64,000 bases of DNA from a bacterium (GCA_023145475.1 JAGLDR010000076.1:5488-69487); one strand, 5' to 3'. Shown: positions 50,306 through 60,232, numbered from the stretch's first letter. Numbers and translations are program-made. The notes: generated by a model not told the origin, from the letters alone.

Positions 50306-51106
50306 ATGAAATCTTATCCAAATATTGACCGACTCATCACCATTATGCACCAATTAAGAGAGCCAGATGGTTGTCCATGGGATAAAAAACAGACAATAAC
50401 CTCCCTGCGCCCTTATATTATTGAAGAGGCATTTGAAACAGTCGAGGCATTAGACAACTTTGATGCAGAGAGTGCCGATTCTGTTCAGGAGTTAGTAAAA
50501 GAGTTGGGCGATTTGTTGTTGCAGGTCGTTTTTGTCTCTCAAATCGCATCAGAATCCAAACTTTTCACCCTTGATGATGTTGCAGCAGCTATCTCTAATA
50601 AGTTAGTTGAACGACATCCGCATGTATTTGGAGACGAAACAGCAAAAGATGCAGACGAAGTCCTTCTCAATTGGAATAAAATTAAAAAGACAAAAGAGAG
50701 CAAAAGATATCTGCTTGATGGCATTCCAACGGCTATGCCTGCAGTTAATCTCGCACAGAGATACTCATCTCGCGCTGCCTCTATCGGATTTGATTGGAAA
50801 ACATGGGAAGATTGCCTGCCAAAAGTGTATGAAGAGATTGATGAACTAAAAGAGGCAGTAGCAACAGGCGACAAAGAGCGGATAGAGTCAGAGGCAGGAG
50901 ATGCCATTTTTGCAGTGGTCAACCTTGCAAGAAAACTTGATGTTGATTCTGAAAAGGCGCTTAAAAAGGCTGCACTCCGCTTTCGACAACGATTTGAAGT
51001 TATGGAACAGCTCAATTCTGCACTTATTGATGGTGATATATCACTTGAGGAGATGGAAGAGTTGTGGCAGAAAGCGAAAAAGATATTGAGAAAAGAGGAT
51101 TCATGA
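50306..51106 (+). CDS. mazG: nucleoside triphosphate pyrophosphohydrolase MazG
   Basis: Tandem MazG EExxE motifs (IIEEAFETVEA...ELGDLLLQV; EEIDELKEAV...EAGDAIF); 266 aa. Confidence 0.85.
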   Translation: MKSYPNIDRLITIMHQLREPDGCPWDKKQTITSLRPYIIEEAFETVEALDNFDAESADSVQELVKELGDLLLQVVFVSQIASESKLFTLDDVAAAISNKLVERHPHVFGDETAKDADEVLLNWNKIKKTKESKRYLLDGIPTAMPAVNLAQRYSSRAASIGFDWKTWEDCLPKVYEEIDELKEAVATGDKERIESEAGDAIFAVVNLARKLDVDSEKALKKAALRFRQRFEVMEQLNSALIDGDISLEEMEELWQKAKKILRKEDS

Positions 51107-51867
51107 ACTCCCTCTTTGCTGGAATAGATATCGGGAGTCGCACTGGCAAAATCGTCATTATTGATAGAGAAAAAAAGATTATTCACTCTGCCCTGCTCCC
51201 TTCAACTGGTGGCACAGCACGAACATATGCGGCACTTTTAAGCGGCGTCAATTCAGCACTACAAGATAGAATAGTCTCAACCGTTGCCACAGGATATGGC
51301 CGCGTTGCACTAGAAGATATCGTTGATAAAACAGCCACAGAAATTACCTGCCATTTTGTGGGAGTTTCTCATTTCTATCCTGAAACTAAAACGATAGTTG
51401 ATGTCGGTGGGCAGGATAGCAAAGTTATCACCGTTGATGGTTCTGGCAGGATAAAAGATTTTTTGATGAATGATCGATGCGCAGCAGGAACCGGCCGTTT
51501 TTTAGAAGTAATGGCAGACAGATTAGGCTGGAGTTTAGACGAATTATCAGAACTTCAGGCAGACAGATTGGCTCCCGTTCGTATCAACGCGACCTGCACC
51601 GTTTTTGCCGAATCAGAGGTAGTCTCACTGCTTGCGCACAATACCGATGTCTCAATTATTGCGTCATCTGTGGCGCAGATGGTGGCGCAAAATGTCTTTT
51701 TCATGACACAAAAGCTGCATGGAAGTGGACCATTTTTCATGTCAGGCGGCGTAGCATCAATCAAACCAGTTGTCTACCACCTTTCACAGCTGTTATCCAC
51801 GCCAATTGCTGTTGATGACCGCTCCGCGCTGATGGGCGCAATGGGCGCTGCGCTTCTCAATTTATAA
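51103..51867 (+). CDS. CoA-substrate-specific enzyme activase (HgdC/BadF/BcrAD-type [4Fe-4S] ATPase), orphan
   Basis: GIDIGSRTGKIVII (ASKHA N-terminal phosphate loop), NDRCAAGTGRFLEVMADRLG and ATCTVFAESEVVSL carry both cluster-ligating Cys of acyl-CoA dehydratase activases. ATGA overlap with mazG. No dehydratase subunits nearby. Confidence 0.8.
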   Translation: MNSLFAGIDIGSRTGKIVIIDREKKIIHSALLPSTGGTARTYAALLSGVNSALQDRIVSTVATGYGRVALEDIVDKTATEITCHFVGVSHFYPETKTIVDVGGQDSKVITVDGSGRIKDFLMNDRCAAGTGRFLEVMADRLGWSLDELSELQADRLAPVRINATCTVFAESEVVSLLAHNTDVSIIASSVAQMVAQNVFFMTQKLHGSGPFFMSGGVASIKPVVYHLSQLLSTPIAVDDRSALMGAMGAALLNL

Positions 51868-51935
51868 ATTGTTTGCATTGATAGCATTCTTGCATATACT
51901 CCCTTTGGTTTTTTGACGAATGAGAGGAGTGTTTC

Positions 51936-52196
51936 ATGGCCAGAGTTACCGTAGAAGATTGTCTCGAGAACATCTCAAACAGAATGGAGCTTATTGTTTT
52001 GGCATCAAAACGAGCTCGACAACTGCTTGATGGGAGTGATCCCCTTATATCTAATGTCAAAGGCAACAAAGAAGTTGTCCTTGCACTTCGTGAAATTGCC
52101 GCTGGCAAAATTGGACTGAAGAAAGTTGATGAAAAAGCAAAAAGACCGCGCTTTAAAAGACGCCGTATCAACCGTTATATCCGCTCTCAGGACTAG
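51936..52196 (+). CDS. rpoZ: DNA-directed RNA polymerase subunit omega
   Basis: [30 protein letters not shown] is the canonical RpoZ N-terminus; 86 aa. Confidence 0.85.
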   Translation: MARVTVEDCLENISNRMELIVLASKRARQLLDGSDPLISNVKGNKEVVLALREIAAGKIGLKKVDEKAKRPRFKRRRINRYIRSQD

Positions 52197-52198
52197 TT

Positions 52199-52624
52199 AT
52201 GCCTGTATTTCCAGGTTTTAATTCAAACATTCGCCACAGAGGCAAAGTATATCACCTTCAAACAGAAGTAAATACTGTTAAAGGTCATCACAATATTTCG
52301 ACGCTTGTCTATCTCGGCGGAGAGATTTATCACTCAACAAAGACAGAGTTAACAGAGGAGCAGTCAGTCAATGAAGAGGCCGCTGCACCTTATATTAGAT
52401 CTCAACATCAAGAGATAGCGCGTCTTCTGCTCTCTGGTGAACTGGTAACAAAAACAGTCACGAAAGAAGATCTTGAAGATATTATTATCGACGATGCTCC
52501 GCCTCCTTTAGATTTTATGGACCTCTATAAAAATGAAGTCTATCTTAATAACAAACCGTTGCAAATGGACTCATTGGCAATGGCAATTCGCTCGCTTGTA
52601 AAGCAGACTGTAGAAAACGCTTAA
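52199..52624 (+). CDS. hypothetical protein (141 aa) tightly coupled to rpoZ
   Basis: Starts 3 nt after the rpoZ stop. No recognisable motif and no signal peptide. Confidence 0.4.
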   Translation: MPVFPGFNSNIRHRGKVYHLQTEVNTVKGHHNISTLVYLGGEIYHSTKTELTEEQSVNEEAAAPYIRSQHQEIARLLLSGELVTKTVTKEDLEDIIIDDAPPPLDFMDLYKNEVYLNNKPLQMDSLAMAIRSLVKQTVENA

Positions 52625-52653
52625 AACCCTCTTATTTTTCATCATAAAAAATG

Positions 52654-52682
52654 TTGACGAATTTTTCCAAGTGTGGTATGTA
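52654..52682 (+). promoter_or_regulatory. candidate sigma70 promoter (TTGACG-17-TATGTA)
   Basis: -35 at 52654-52659 and -10 at 52677-52682, upstream of the AGGTGG RBS and ATG at 52736. The six-frame ORF start at 52651 overlaps this element and is rejected. Confidence 0.35.
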
Positions 52683-52735
52683 TCCGGTGCGTTTATTTTT
52701 GGTGGATTGTCGAACGAACATACAGGTGGCAAGAA

Positions 52736-53058
52736 TGAAAGGATTTACGGTATTTCTAGTTTTTTCTCTGCTCGTTGTTTTTGCACTTCCGGTGCAAGCA
52801 CAACAGCAAACAGGTATCAACCTAAAGGTAGGGGAAAGTTTTTATTTTGAAGGTGCAGACAAGGCAAAAAAAGGCGATGGACAAGAAGAGTCTATGGCTG
52901 AAATTAAAAGGAAACCATTTTACAAGTCTACATGGTTTATCACCACAGTATCTGTGGTTGTCTTAGCCGGACTTGGTACAGGTCTCTATTTTCTCACGAA
53001 AAAAGACGCTCCTGAAGGAAATGTTATTAAATTTGGAAACCCTCAAGCTGGCAAATAA
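52736..53058 (+). CDS. small exported/membrane protein with N- and C-terminal hydrophobic segments
   Basis: MKGFTVFLVFSLLVVFALPVQA signal peptide, then a C-terminal TM segment (WFITTVSVVVLAGLGTGLYFL); 107 aa. Confidence 0.4.
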
Positions 53059-53077
53059 ACCAAGAAGGAGAATGTTA

Positions 53078-54820
53078 ATGAAACTCTTGAAGATATCAAT
53101 GGTATTTATCTTGCTGTTAGCTGCAATGCTTTTTTCAGCATGCAGTGACGGGAATACTGGTGACCTGAAAATCAACTTAAAACTCCCTATGTCTCTTGGT
53201 CGAGGATGTGATACCTTGACTGAAGGTGGCGATGTTTTAGAAGATTATACTTATGACCAATGTTTTGTCCCTGAAGATAAAATAACTATCTCTGTCTACA
53301 GAAAGGCTTTTCCTTCTGATGACTATCTTTATGTACAGCAAGAAGTTATTACAGTGACTGACAAAAGTATGTGGGGCGGAAAATTTCCCTATATTCGTAC
53401 ATTGACAACGGGTAGCTACTATAAGTTTTTTGTAGTTGTTACTAACAAAAACCAGAAAATCAAGATGGCTGGTGGCGTAGAAGGCGTTGTATATGATTCG
53501 GCGAAAAACAAAAGCATCTCTATCTTCCTCAGTAATGTTGCAGATTTTGCACGAGTTACAACAGATGGAAAAGATGAAGGCTCAATTTCAACATATGTTG
53601 AAAGTCTTGGCTCAAAAGGCGTTGGCGCTGCTGCTCTTCAAGATGGTCGTGTTTTTATGACTGGTGGATACAGTGTTGATACTGATACTGTTCTTCAGAA
53701 CACAATACTCTTCAACCCATCATCTCTCTCTAAGAATGGCTCTAAGTCTCTTCCTACTCCGCTGTGGGATCACTCAATGGCAACACTGCGTGATGGCTCA
53801 GAGAGTGGAAAAGTTATAATTGCATTTGGTAAGACATCTGCGGCCAACTACTCTAGCAGTGTCTACTCTTACGATCCTGAAGCTGATAAATACATCTCCA
53901 TTAATAATATCGCAGGACGCACAGGAACAAGATCTTTGCAGAGTGCCGATGGCTCTGTCTATATCTTTGGTGGCTGTGATGCAGCAAAAGCATTTGGCGA
54001 TGTTTTAAAAGTTGATGCAAAAACAGGCAAGGTTGGTGTATTCACAAAAATGAACACTGCTCGTTGTTACCACTCTGTTGCAGATTTGAGTTATGAAGAT
54101 GACAATGGTTTTCACCCTCGTTTTCTCATAGTAGGTGGTCTAACCAAAGATGCATCGATTGCTATTGGTGACTATGTTACTGGCGAAGCATTTGCAGAAC
54201 TGCTGACAGACGCGGGCTCGACTCCAATCAAGCTTGTCCCTGCCTCAGAGTTTGATGTACCAAAAAGATTGGCATATCAAGCATCAGCTGGCATTACATG
54301 GGTAACTGCAGCAACAGAGACAACAGCTGAGACAAGAGCATTTGCAGCATCTGTCGTTGGTGGTGTTCTCTTTGCAGAAGATAAAAACTCGACGACAACA
54401 TCTCAGAGTCTCTACTCAATTTATAAAGTTGGTAAAGATTGGATGATTAACAGAAATACATCTCCTCTCTCATGTGCATTCCCAACAATGGCGCAGATTC
54501 CATCTATTTATGAGACAAAATTGGCAGCTGTCAATTGTGGACCTGCTCTTGATTCAGGACAAGCTGCAACTGAGTTGCCAAACAGAAACTCATCTGGACT
54601 TCCTCAAATGTTTGTACTTCAACTTAACAGAACAAATTATAATGGAAAAGTTGTTGTTTCAGCGGCGGCTCGTATCTCTATCAATGGTGCTGATTTCGTT
54701 GATCAACCAAACTCTCTATACACCTATATTGATGGACCAACTGTTGTTAACAGCACTGGCCAAGCTTACCTTCTTGGAAGTCACTATATTTACAAAGCAA
54801 GTGGTTACACTGCTAACTAA
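53078..54820 (+). CDS. Kelch-repeat lipoprotein
   Basis: AAGGAG RBS; MKLLKISMVFILLLAAMLFSACSDG lipobox; Kelch-like repeats (DGRVFMTGGYS; DGSVYIFGG; RFLIVGGL). Confidence 0.55.
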   Translation: MKLLKISMVFILLLAAMLFSACSDGNTGDLKINLKLPMSLGRGCDTLTEGGDVLEDYTYDQCFVPEDKITISVYRKAFPSDDYLYVQQEVITVTDKSMWGGKFPYIRTLTTGSYYKFFVVVTNKNQKIKMAGGVEGVVYDSAKNKSISIFLSNVADFARVTTDGKDEGSISTYVESLGSKGVGAAALQDGRVFMTGGYSVDTDTVLQNTILFNPSSLSKNGSKSLPTPLWDHSMATLRDGSESGKVIIAFGKTSAANYSSSVYSYDPEADKYISINNIAGRTGTRSLQSADGSVYIFGGCDAAKAFGDVLKVDAKTGKVGVFTKMNTARCYHSVADLSYEDDNGFHPRFLIVGGLTKDASIAIGDYVTGEAFAELLTDAGSTPIKLVPASEFDVPKRLAYQASAGITWVTAATETTAETRAFAASVVGGVLFAEDKNSTTTSQSLYSIYKVGKDWMINRNTSPLSCAFPTMAQIPSIYETKLAAVNCGPALDSGQAATELPNRNSSGLPQMFVLQLNRTNYNGKVVVSAAARISINGADFVDQPNSLYTYIDGPTVVNSTGQAYLLGSHYIYKASGYTAN

Positions 54821-54887
54821 TTGTTCATATTACCTCTCATAGTTATCACAAACTCTCTCATTTTATCCTAAAACAGTTTTTATTGCC

Positions 54888-54915
54888 TTGACATATAGCA
54901 ACTTGTTATTACAAT
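54888..54915 (+). promoter_or_regulatory. near-consensus sigma70 promoter (TTGACA-16-TACAAT) for the metalloprotease gene
   Basis: -35 TTGACA at 54888-54893 and -10 TACAAT at 54910-54915. The GGAGATAAA RBS and ATG at 54949 follow. Confidence 0.45.
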
Positions 54916-54948
54916 ATTTTGACTGACAAACTCTTTATAGGAGATAAA

Positions 54949-57441
54949 ATGAAGAAATTAACTGCTCTTTTGTTCCTGCTTCTGTTTATACAGTTAAGCG
55001 CCAGCACCTCACTCTTTTCACACACCAATATTGTGAAAGAAAGTGAAAATGTCCGCTCTATTACCCACCTACACATTACTGTTGCAAACAGTGGCGCTGT
55101 AACTCAATTTATAGAGCGACACTTTTTGAAAACCTTCTTTGATTCACCCTTTATCAAAGCAAATCTCACCAAAGATATCGTAATTGGCGACACAAATATC
55201 ATTCGCTATGACTATAAATACAAGGGAATCCCCATCAATGGCATCTGGACAACAGTTACCGTGCAGAAGGGCCATATTGTCCGCATTGACAATGGACTTG
55301 AAAATATGCAATTTGATGTTTCGCATATTATCTCATCATCGCAAGCGGTTCAAACGGCAATGAAACAGCGACATCTGACAACGCTCCCAACACGGCATAT
55401 ATCATCGTTAATGATTATGAAAGTCGCTGGCGAGTGGACTCCTGTCTATCGAGTCTCATTCACACCTATCGCTCCATTTGATCGACGATTCCATATCATT
55501 CACGCACAAAGTGGACGACATCTCTATCGTGGAAATCTCATCTTTTTTGCTGATGAGGATACCACTACCATAGATGACGAGGTAACTGATTCGGATATAA
55601 CTGAGGTGCCTGATGAGATTGATGCACCAACAGATATGGCATTGATGTACCAATTTAATCCTGAACGGACGGCTGATAGAATTTCCGTTGCATTACCATG
55701 GGTCTCTCTGATTGATGATGCTGCGCTCGACTCGAGTGAACAAGGATTTTTAACCGCCGTCATAGATGATAATGATATTAGAAAAATAAAGGCCTACAAC
55801 TGTCCAGATAATGGTGAAAAGGTGGATATCGGCCCATTAGTGGGCATTTCAATGGCCGTAATGTTACCCATTTGCTCTCCAAAACAGTTGGCTAACAAGG
55901 TTGATAACAACTCATTTGTTTACAACGATTGTCATGATGGCATGACCTACAACCGAGAGAAGATGAATGAAAAAGATATTGATAGATGCGCAGAAGTTTC
56001 AATGTACTATCATACAGCAAAAGTCTATGATTTCTTGCGAAACATAAGCAGTGAATTTGAATATCTCAACAACAATACTGAAGATAAGCCACTGAATTTG
56101 ATTGCTAACTTCCAAATGCCAGAGATGGATCAAGCAAAAATAATGAATGGGACTGCACAATTAACTCCAATGGATAACGCTTTTTATTCTCCTGAGGATC
56201 CAACGCTTAGCGCACTTCTTTCAACTTCAGGTATTTCTGGCAATCTTCTTGTTTTCGGGCAAGGCACAAAGGCTGATTTTGGTTTAGATGGAGATGTGGT
56301 ATATCACGAATTTGGACACGCAATTATCCATACAACAGGGCTAGACTCAAACGGATTTGTTGATAAATATGGATTTAATAACGAGCCTGGCTCACTTCAT
56401 GAAGGTCTTGCAGATTCATTTTCTATGATGCTTACCAATGACCCCTGTACTGGCGAATACGCATCAAAAGGTATTGTAGATATGGTTGTTTCGGGTGGCG
56501 GAACAATTGAGATGGATCGGGATGGTGATTTTTATTGTATGCGTCACGCAAAAAACAGTTACACCGTATTTGAAGACCTTAACGGTGAAGTTCACTGGGA
56601 CGGACAACCAATGTTAGCCGTAAATTGGACAATATTTCAGTGGATAAAAGATAAAAAAATTGGGGGCGAAAATCTCGCCGAGCACCAAAAAACATTCGCA
56701 GAACTACTGTTGAAAGTGCTCTATTCACTCGGAACAGCAGAGGGAACCTACAAACAGTGGGGCACAACACTGCAAACAGTTATTGAAGATGACACACTCT
56801 ATAAAGATATTGCAAAAGATGTGGTAACTTTGATAACGGAGAGAGGATTTTTTACTGATATTCGTTCACGAAAACTTACGGCAGAAAAGCCAATCAAAGC
56901 TTTTTATGTTGCTCAAGGAGCATCATCAGGAGGCATTGGCGATGTAACGGGTGGCTCGGGTGGACTCACAATCGAAGAAGATGAAAAAGAGATTGAAATT
57001 GGAACATCATATCTGCAACTCCTTGTTACTCTGCCTGAAGGAAGCAACAGTATAAAACTTTCCGGAGTCGCTGCGGCTGGCGGTGGTGGACTCGTTGGTG
57101 GTGGAAGTGATCCCGTGTTAAAACTCTATTACCGAGCAGAGAAACCAGTTGAGTACCATCTGACAAAAGATAAAGCAGCAACTGTTGATAAAGATGGGAT
57201 TTCATCTGATGGAAAAGGTGTGTGGAATATAGAAAACATCGCACCCGGCACCTACTATCTGCAATTTATCAATAGTGCTGGTGCAGGAGTTGTTCAGAAT
57301 CTTTCTGTCGCATTTTATACCGCTGAGATAGAAACTCCAGATGAAGATAGTGATACTGCAACAAGTATGGAAGATGATCCTATTCCCGATGAGACAAATC
57401 ATACCGCACCAAGCAGTGGTTGCAGCTCTCTAATAATCTAA
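54949..57441 (+). CDS. secreted gluzincin zinc metalloprotease (HExxH + downstream E..D; M4/M36-like)
   Basis: Signal peptide MKKLTALLFLLLFIQLSAS; VVYHEFGHAIIH (HExxH) followed ~35 aa later by NEPGSLHEGLADSFS (Glu zinc ligand, gluzincin pattern); a Gly-rich segment; ends ...SSGCSSLII. Confidence 0.65.
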   Translation: MKKLTALLFLLLFIQLSASTSLFSHTNIVKESENVRSITHLHITVANSGAVTQFIERHFLKTFFDSPFIKANLTKDIVIGDTNIIRYDYKYKGIPINGIWTTVTVQKGHIVRIDNGLENMQFDVSHIISSSQAVQTAMKQRHLTTLPTRHISSLMIMKVAGEWTPVYRVSFTPIAPFDRRFHIIHAQSGRHLYRGNLIFFADEDTTTIDDEVTDSDITEVPDEIDAPTDMALMYQFNPERTADRISVALPWVSLIDDAALDSSEQGFLTAVIDDNDIRKIKAYNCPDNGEKVDIGPLVGISMAVMLPICSPKQLANKVDNNSFVYNDCHDGMTYNREKMNEKDIDRCAEVSMYYHTAKVYDFLRNISSEFEYLNNNTEDKPLNLIANFQMPEMDQAKIMNGTAQLTPMDNAFYSPEDPTLSALLSTSGISGNLLVFGQGTKADFGLDGDVVYHEFGHAIIHTTGLDSNGFVDKYGFNNEPGSLHEGLADSFSMMLTNDPCTGEYASKGIVDMVVSGGGTIEMDRDGDFYCMRHAKNSYTVFEDLNGEVHWDGQPMLAVNWTIFQWIKDKKIGGENLAEHQKTFAELLLKVLYSLGTAEGTYKQWGTTLQTVIEDDTLYKDIAKDVVTLITERGFFTDIRSRKLTAEKPIKAFYVAQGASSGGIGDVTGGSGGLTIEEDEKEIEIGTSYLQLLVTLPEGSNSIKLSGVAAAGGGGLVGGGSDPVLKLYYRAEKPVEYHLTKDKAATVDKDGISSDGKGVWNIENIAPGTYYLQFINSAGAGVVQNLSVAFYTAEIETPDEDSDTATSMEDDPIPDETNHTAPSSGCSSLII

Positions 57442-57535
57442 AATAACACAGGTTTCCCCTATAAAAACAAAACTACTATTTTTTATCGACACTTGTCTAC
57501 AGACTTGAATATTTCTTTTTGCTACCGTCTTGTCA

Positions 57536-57777
57536 TGGATATTCGAGATGCTGTAGGAAGGCGCGTGCTCCATTACCGCCACCTGCGTGATATGACACAG
57601 AATAAGCTTGGCGAGGTCGCTGGAATAGACCGGGGATATGTGTCTGATATTGAGAATGGAAAACGAAAGATAACTATTGATATTATTGATAAAATAGCTC
57701 GCGCATTAAACATCCCAGCAAGTGCACTTCTAGAAGCAGAATTGCATGAGAACCCACCAGAATACAACAGCTTATAA
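57536..57777 (+). CDS. XRE-family helix-turn-helix transcriptional regulator
   Basis: TQNKLGEVAGIDRGYVSDIENGKRKITIDIIDKIARALNI is a textbook HTH_3 (Cro/C1) motif. The start could be 57493 or 57536. Confidence 0.7.
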
Positions 57778-57940
57778 CAACACAAGAATAAACAACACAC
57801 ATAGTTCAGAAAATAAGAGTAGAGAACTATTTCATTAAATGTCATTTTTTTGTCGTTTTTTAAAAATTTCCTTCACAACATAACTTTTATCGCTATTATT
57901 GTTGTGTGGAATGTTTTGTAAATAAAAAAGGAGCGAGAAG

Positions 57941-58654
57941 ATGGACGAAGAAAAAAGAATTCTAATCTGCAATGACTCTCCTAAAGAGAGCCGTATTTTG
58001 AAGGGAATCCTGAAACAATCAGGATTTACGGTTGATTGCATTTCTGAGGCGAGCAGTATTATTGCAACATTAATGTGGAAGCGACACCACGCGTGCATCA
58101 TCAGTTTTTCAAATCTTTCACACTTTAATGCTCTTCATGTCGCCTCTTCAATTTATGAAAAAAACCTTCCTTCTGAGGTTGGCATTATTTTAACAGGTGG
58201 AAGAGAGGACAACGCTTTGCTCTGCAATGCACTTGAAGAGTACGCTGATGCTGTTGTTTCTATACCCTATGACCTCCCTCTTCTTTCAGGTGTTGTAACA
58301 TCGGTAATCAGAAGAGAACGCAGTAGAAATGTAGATTTTTATTCAACCACTTCAGAACAAATTTATGTTGGAAGCTCTATCATCGATACAGGAAAACGCT
58401 CGCTCTCCTATGGAAATGAGAAATTTACATTTACAAAATCTCAATTCCAAGTTTTCATGCTTTTGATTATGAATAAGACAAAAACGCTTACTCGCGAGAA
58501 TATTCTTAAAAATATAAAAGGGGAGAAAATCTTTTTAGATTCACGCACGGTAGACAACACCATATACCAACTGAGAAAAAAACTTAAAGAGACCTGTTTT
58601 CATATTGATACCGTCAGTGGTCTTGGATATTCACTCTCTCTTGTTGATTGCTAA
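57941..58654 (+). CDS. OmpR/PhoB-type winged-helix regulator with degenerate (pseudo-)receiver domain
   Basis: The C-terminal region FTFTKSQFQVFMLLIMNKTKTLTRENIL...RTVDNTIYQLRKKL...GLGYSL is the trans_reg_C winged helix. The N-terminal ~115 aa has a receiver-like beta-alpha pattern. The phospho-acceptor Asp position reads IISFSN and the conserved Lys is absent. Confidence 0.6.
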   Translation: MDEEKRILICNDSPKESRILKGILKQSGFTVDCISEASSIIATLMWKRHHACIISFSNLSHFNALHVASSIYEKNLPSEVGIILTGGREDNALLCNALEEYADAVVSIPYDLPLLSGVVTSVIRRERSRNVDFYSTTSEQIYVGSSIIDTGKRSLSYGNEKFTFTKSQFQVFMLLIMNKTKTLTRENILKNIKGEKIFLDSRTVDNTIYQLRKKLKETCFHIDTVSGLGYSLSLVDC

Positions 58655-58659
58655 AGACC

Positions 58660-60168
58660 TTATCGTCCTGTTCCCGGTGTTTGAGTCGCTGCGTACCAGG
58701 TGAAGTTGTCAAGTAGGACCATAGAGTCAAGAACATGATCACCACTGTCCCAGGTAACTAATCTCAATTCAAATTCTTCGCCACCAACAACATTTCCTCT
58801 TGTAACAAGCCATCCGGTTGCGCCGTGTCCTTCAAATCCTGTTCCTTGCAATTCTGCACCACCAAGACAGGCTGCGGTGATATCAGGCTTGAGCCAAGAT
58901 TTTTCACAAACGGTAAAAAGACCGTTTTTTGCAAGATTCACGCCAACAGGATTCTTCATTGCATCCATTGCGAGGTTTTTATCTGCTGGGTTTTGGAGGA
59001 GTGGATCTGCACTCGTAAAAGATGAATCAATAAGGGAGAGAAAGAAATCATTGTATGTAGAACAGACATAATCAGGAAACTCAATGGAGAGAAAATAGAT
59101 TTGGAAACTAAATGATTCCGCATTTAGAGGCGCTCGTATTTTCAGTTTTAACATAACAGAATCATTCGCTGGATCATTACTTTCTGTACCAAATCCACAT
59201 GATGGAGATGTTGGATATTTGTTTCCATTTGCGCTGTACCAATCAGCAGGTGAAGCGGAGGCTGTATCATTTCCAAGTTCAGCCTCGGTGTCTTTAAATG
59301 GATTAACGGTAACACCACTTGAAATGGCTGCCATACTGGCACCATTATGAGGCCTGATAAGTGTGCCAAGTCCGGTGAATGTTGAGTATGAAACAGGTGC
59401 GAGTGATTTGCCGTCATTATCGATTGCGGTGCCGTTTGCAAAAAGTAGTTCAGCACTCACGATGCCAAACCCATTTTCGCCTGCGGGACACAAATCCATT
59501 GATTGTCCAAGATTCATTGCGGCATCTAGATGCGGTGTTCCATTGTCACATGTTGCTGCGACTTCATCTATTTCACCGTTACAGTTATCATCAACATTGT
59601 TTCCCTCAATTTCAAATGAGCGAGGATTAACCAGTTCCGGATGGATACATTGACTTCCAAGCTCACAGCAGTCTCCCTCACAATAGGTAAAACCATCACC
59701 ATCAAAATCAATGGCATTTCCAGGGGTTTGATCAATTCCATCGCAATCTTGATCCTCTCCATCAGAACAGATTTCAGCTTGTGGGAGAACTTCATTTTTA
59801 CAGGCTCCCCATCCACTGCCATCATCAATGCAGGTCATTGTTCCTGCTTGACACGCCCCGACACCCTGTGTGTTACTTGGACCGGAGTAGCACTCTAATG
59901 TATTACCAGGAGTACACTCCATACCAATCGTTGCGTCTTTATCCGGAGCTGAATCACCAGCAGATTGATCTGACACAGTATTGCCACTATCATCGCTACT
60001 ATCGCTCGTGTCACCGTTATCATCTGCTTGAGAGCCACTATCACCATTGTCGCTTGTTATATAATAATCACTGTCTCCGACATTGTCTGCTTCAAGGGAC
60101 TCTTCTCCACACGAAAACAGCAAAAACAGCATACTAATTAAGATAACTATAAGAAAGAACCTTCTCAT
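58660..60168 (-). CDS. Cys-rich acidic lipoprotein (502 aa), hypothetical
   Basis: MRRFFLIVILISMLFLLFSCGEE lipobox, then a D/S/G-rich linker, then a Cys-rich region (CDGIDQTPGNAIDFDGDGFTYCEGDCC) and a large globular domain. Confidence 0.5.
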   Translation of the reverse strand: MRRFFLIVILISMLFLLFSCGEESLEADNVGDSDYYITSDNGDSGSQADDNGDTSDSSDDSGNTVSDQSAGDSAPDKDATIGMECTPGNTLECYSGPSNTQGVGACQAGTMTCIDDGSGWGACKNEVLPQAEICSDGEDQDCDGIDQTPGNAIDFDGDGFTYCEGDCCELGSQCIHPELVNPRSFEIEGNNVDDNCNGEIDEVAATCDNGTPHLDAAMNLGQSMDLCPAGENGFGIVSAELLFANGTAIDNDGKSLAPVSYSTFTGLGTLIRPHNGASMAAISSGVTVNPFKDTEAELGNDTASASPADWYSANGNKYPTSPSCGFGTESNDPANDSVMLKLKIRAPLNAESFSFQIYFLSIEFPDYVCSTYNDFFLSLIDSSFTSADPLLQNPADKNLAMDAMKNPVGVNLAKNGLFTVCEKSWLKPDITAACLGGAELQGTGFEGHGATGWLVTRGNVVGGEEFELRLVTWDSGDHVLDSMVLLDNFTWYAATQTPGTGR

Positions 60169-60232
60169 ATCTCTCCTCCTTGATAAAGATTATGATAGCA
60201 TAGAGTAACAACTCAATTGTGTCAAAGAAAAT

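Noticed and set aside
50539-51186. 215-aa minus-strand ORF
   Set aside because: Antisense to mazG and the activase start. Both plus-strand genes have strong family motifs and translational coupling.
52651-52735. Six-frame start at 52651 for the small membrane protein, and at 22769 for the lipoprotein gene
   Set aside because: Both upstream starts fall inside candidate promoter hexamers and precede non-signal-like residues. Internal ATGs with good RBS and signal peptides (52736; 22874) are preferred.
57493-57777. XRE HTH gene as the antitoxin of a toxin-antitoxin pair, or as a prophage repressor
   Set aside because: There is no adjacent small toxin-like ORF on either side. The only neighbouring reading frame (57573-57845, minus) is antisense and overlapping. 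There are no integrase or phage genes in the vicinity.
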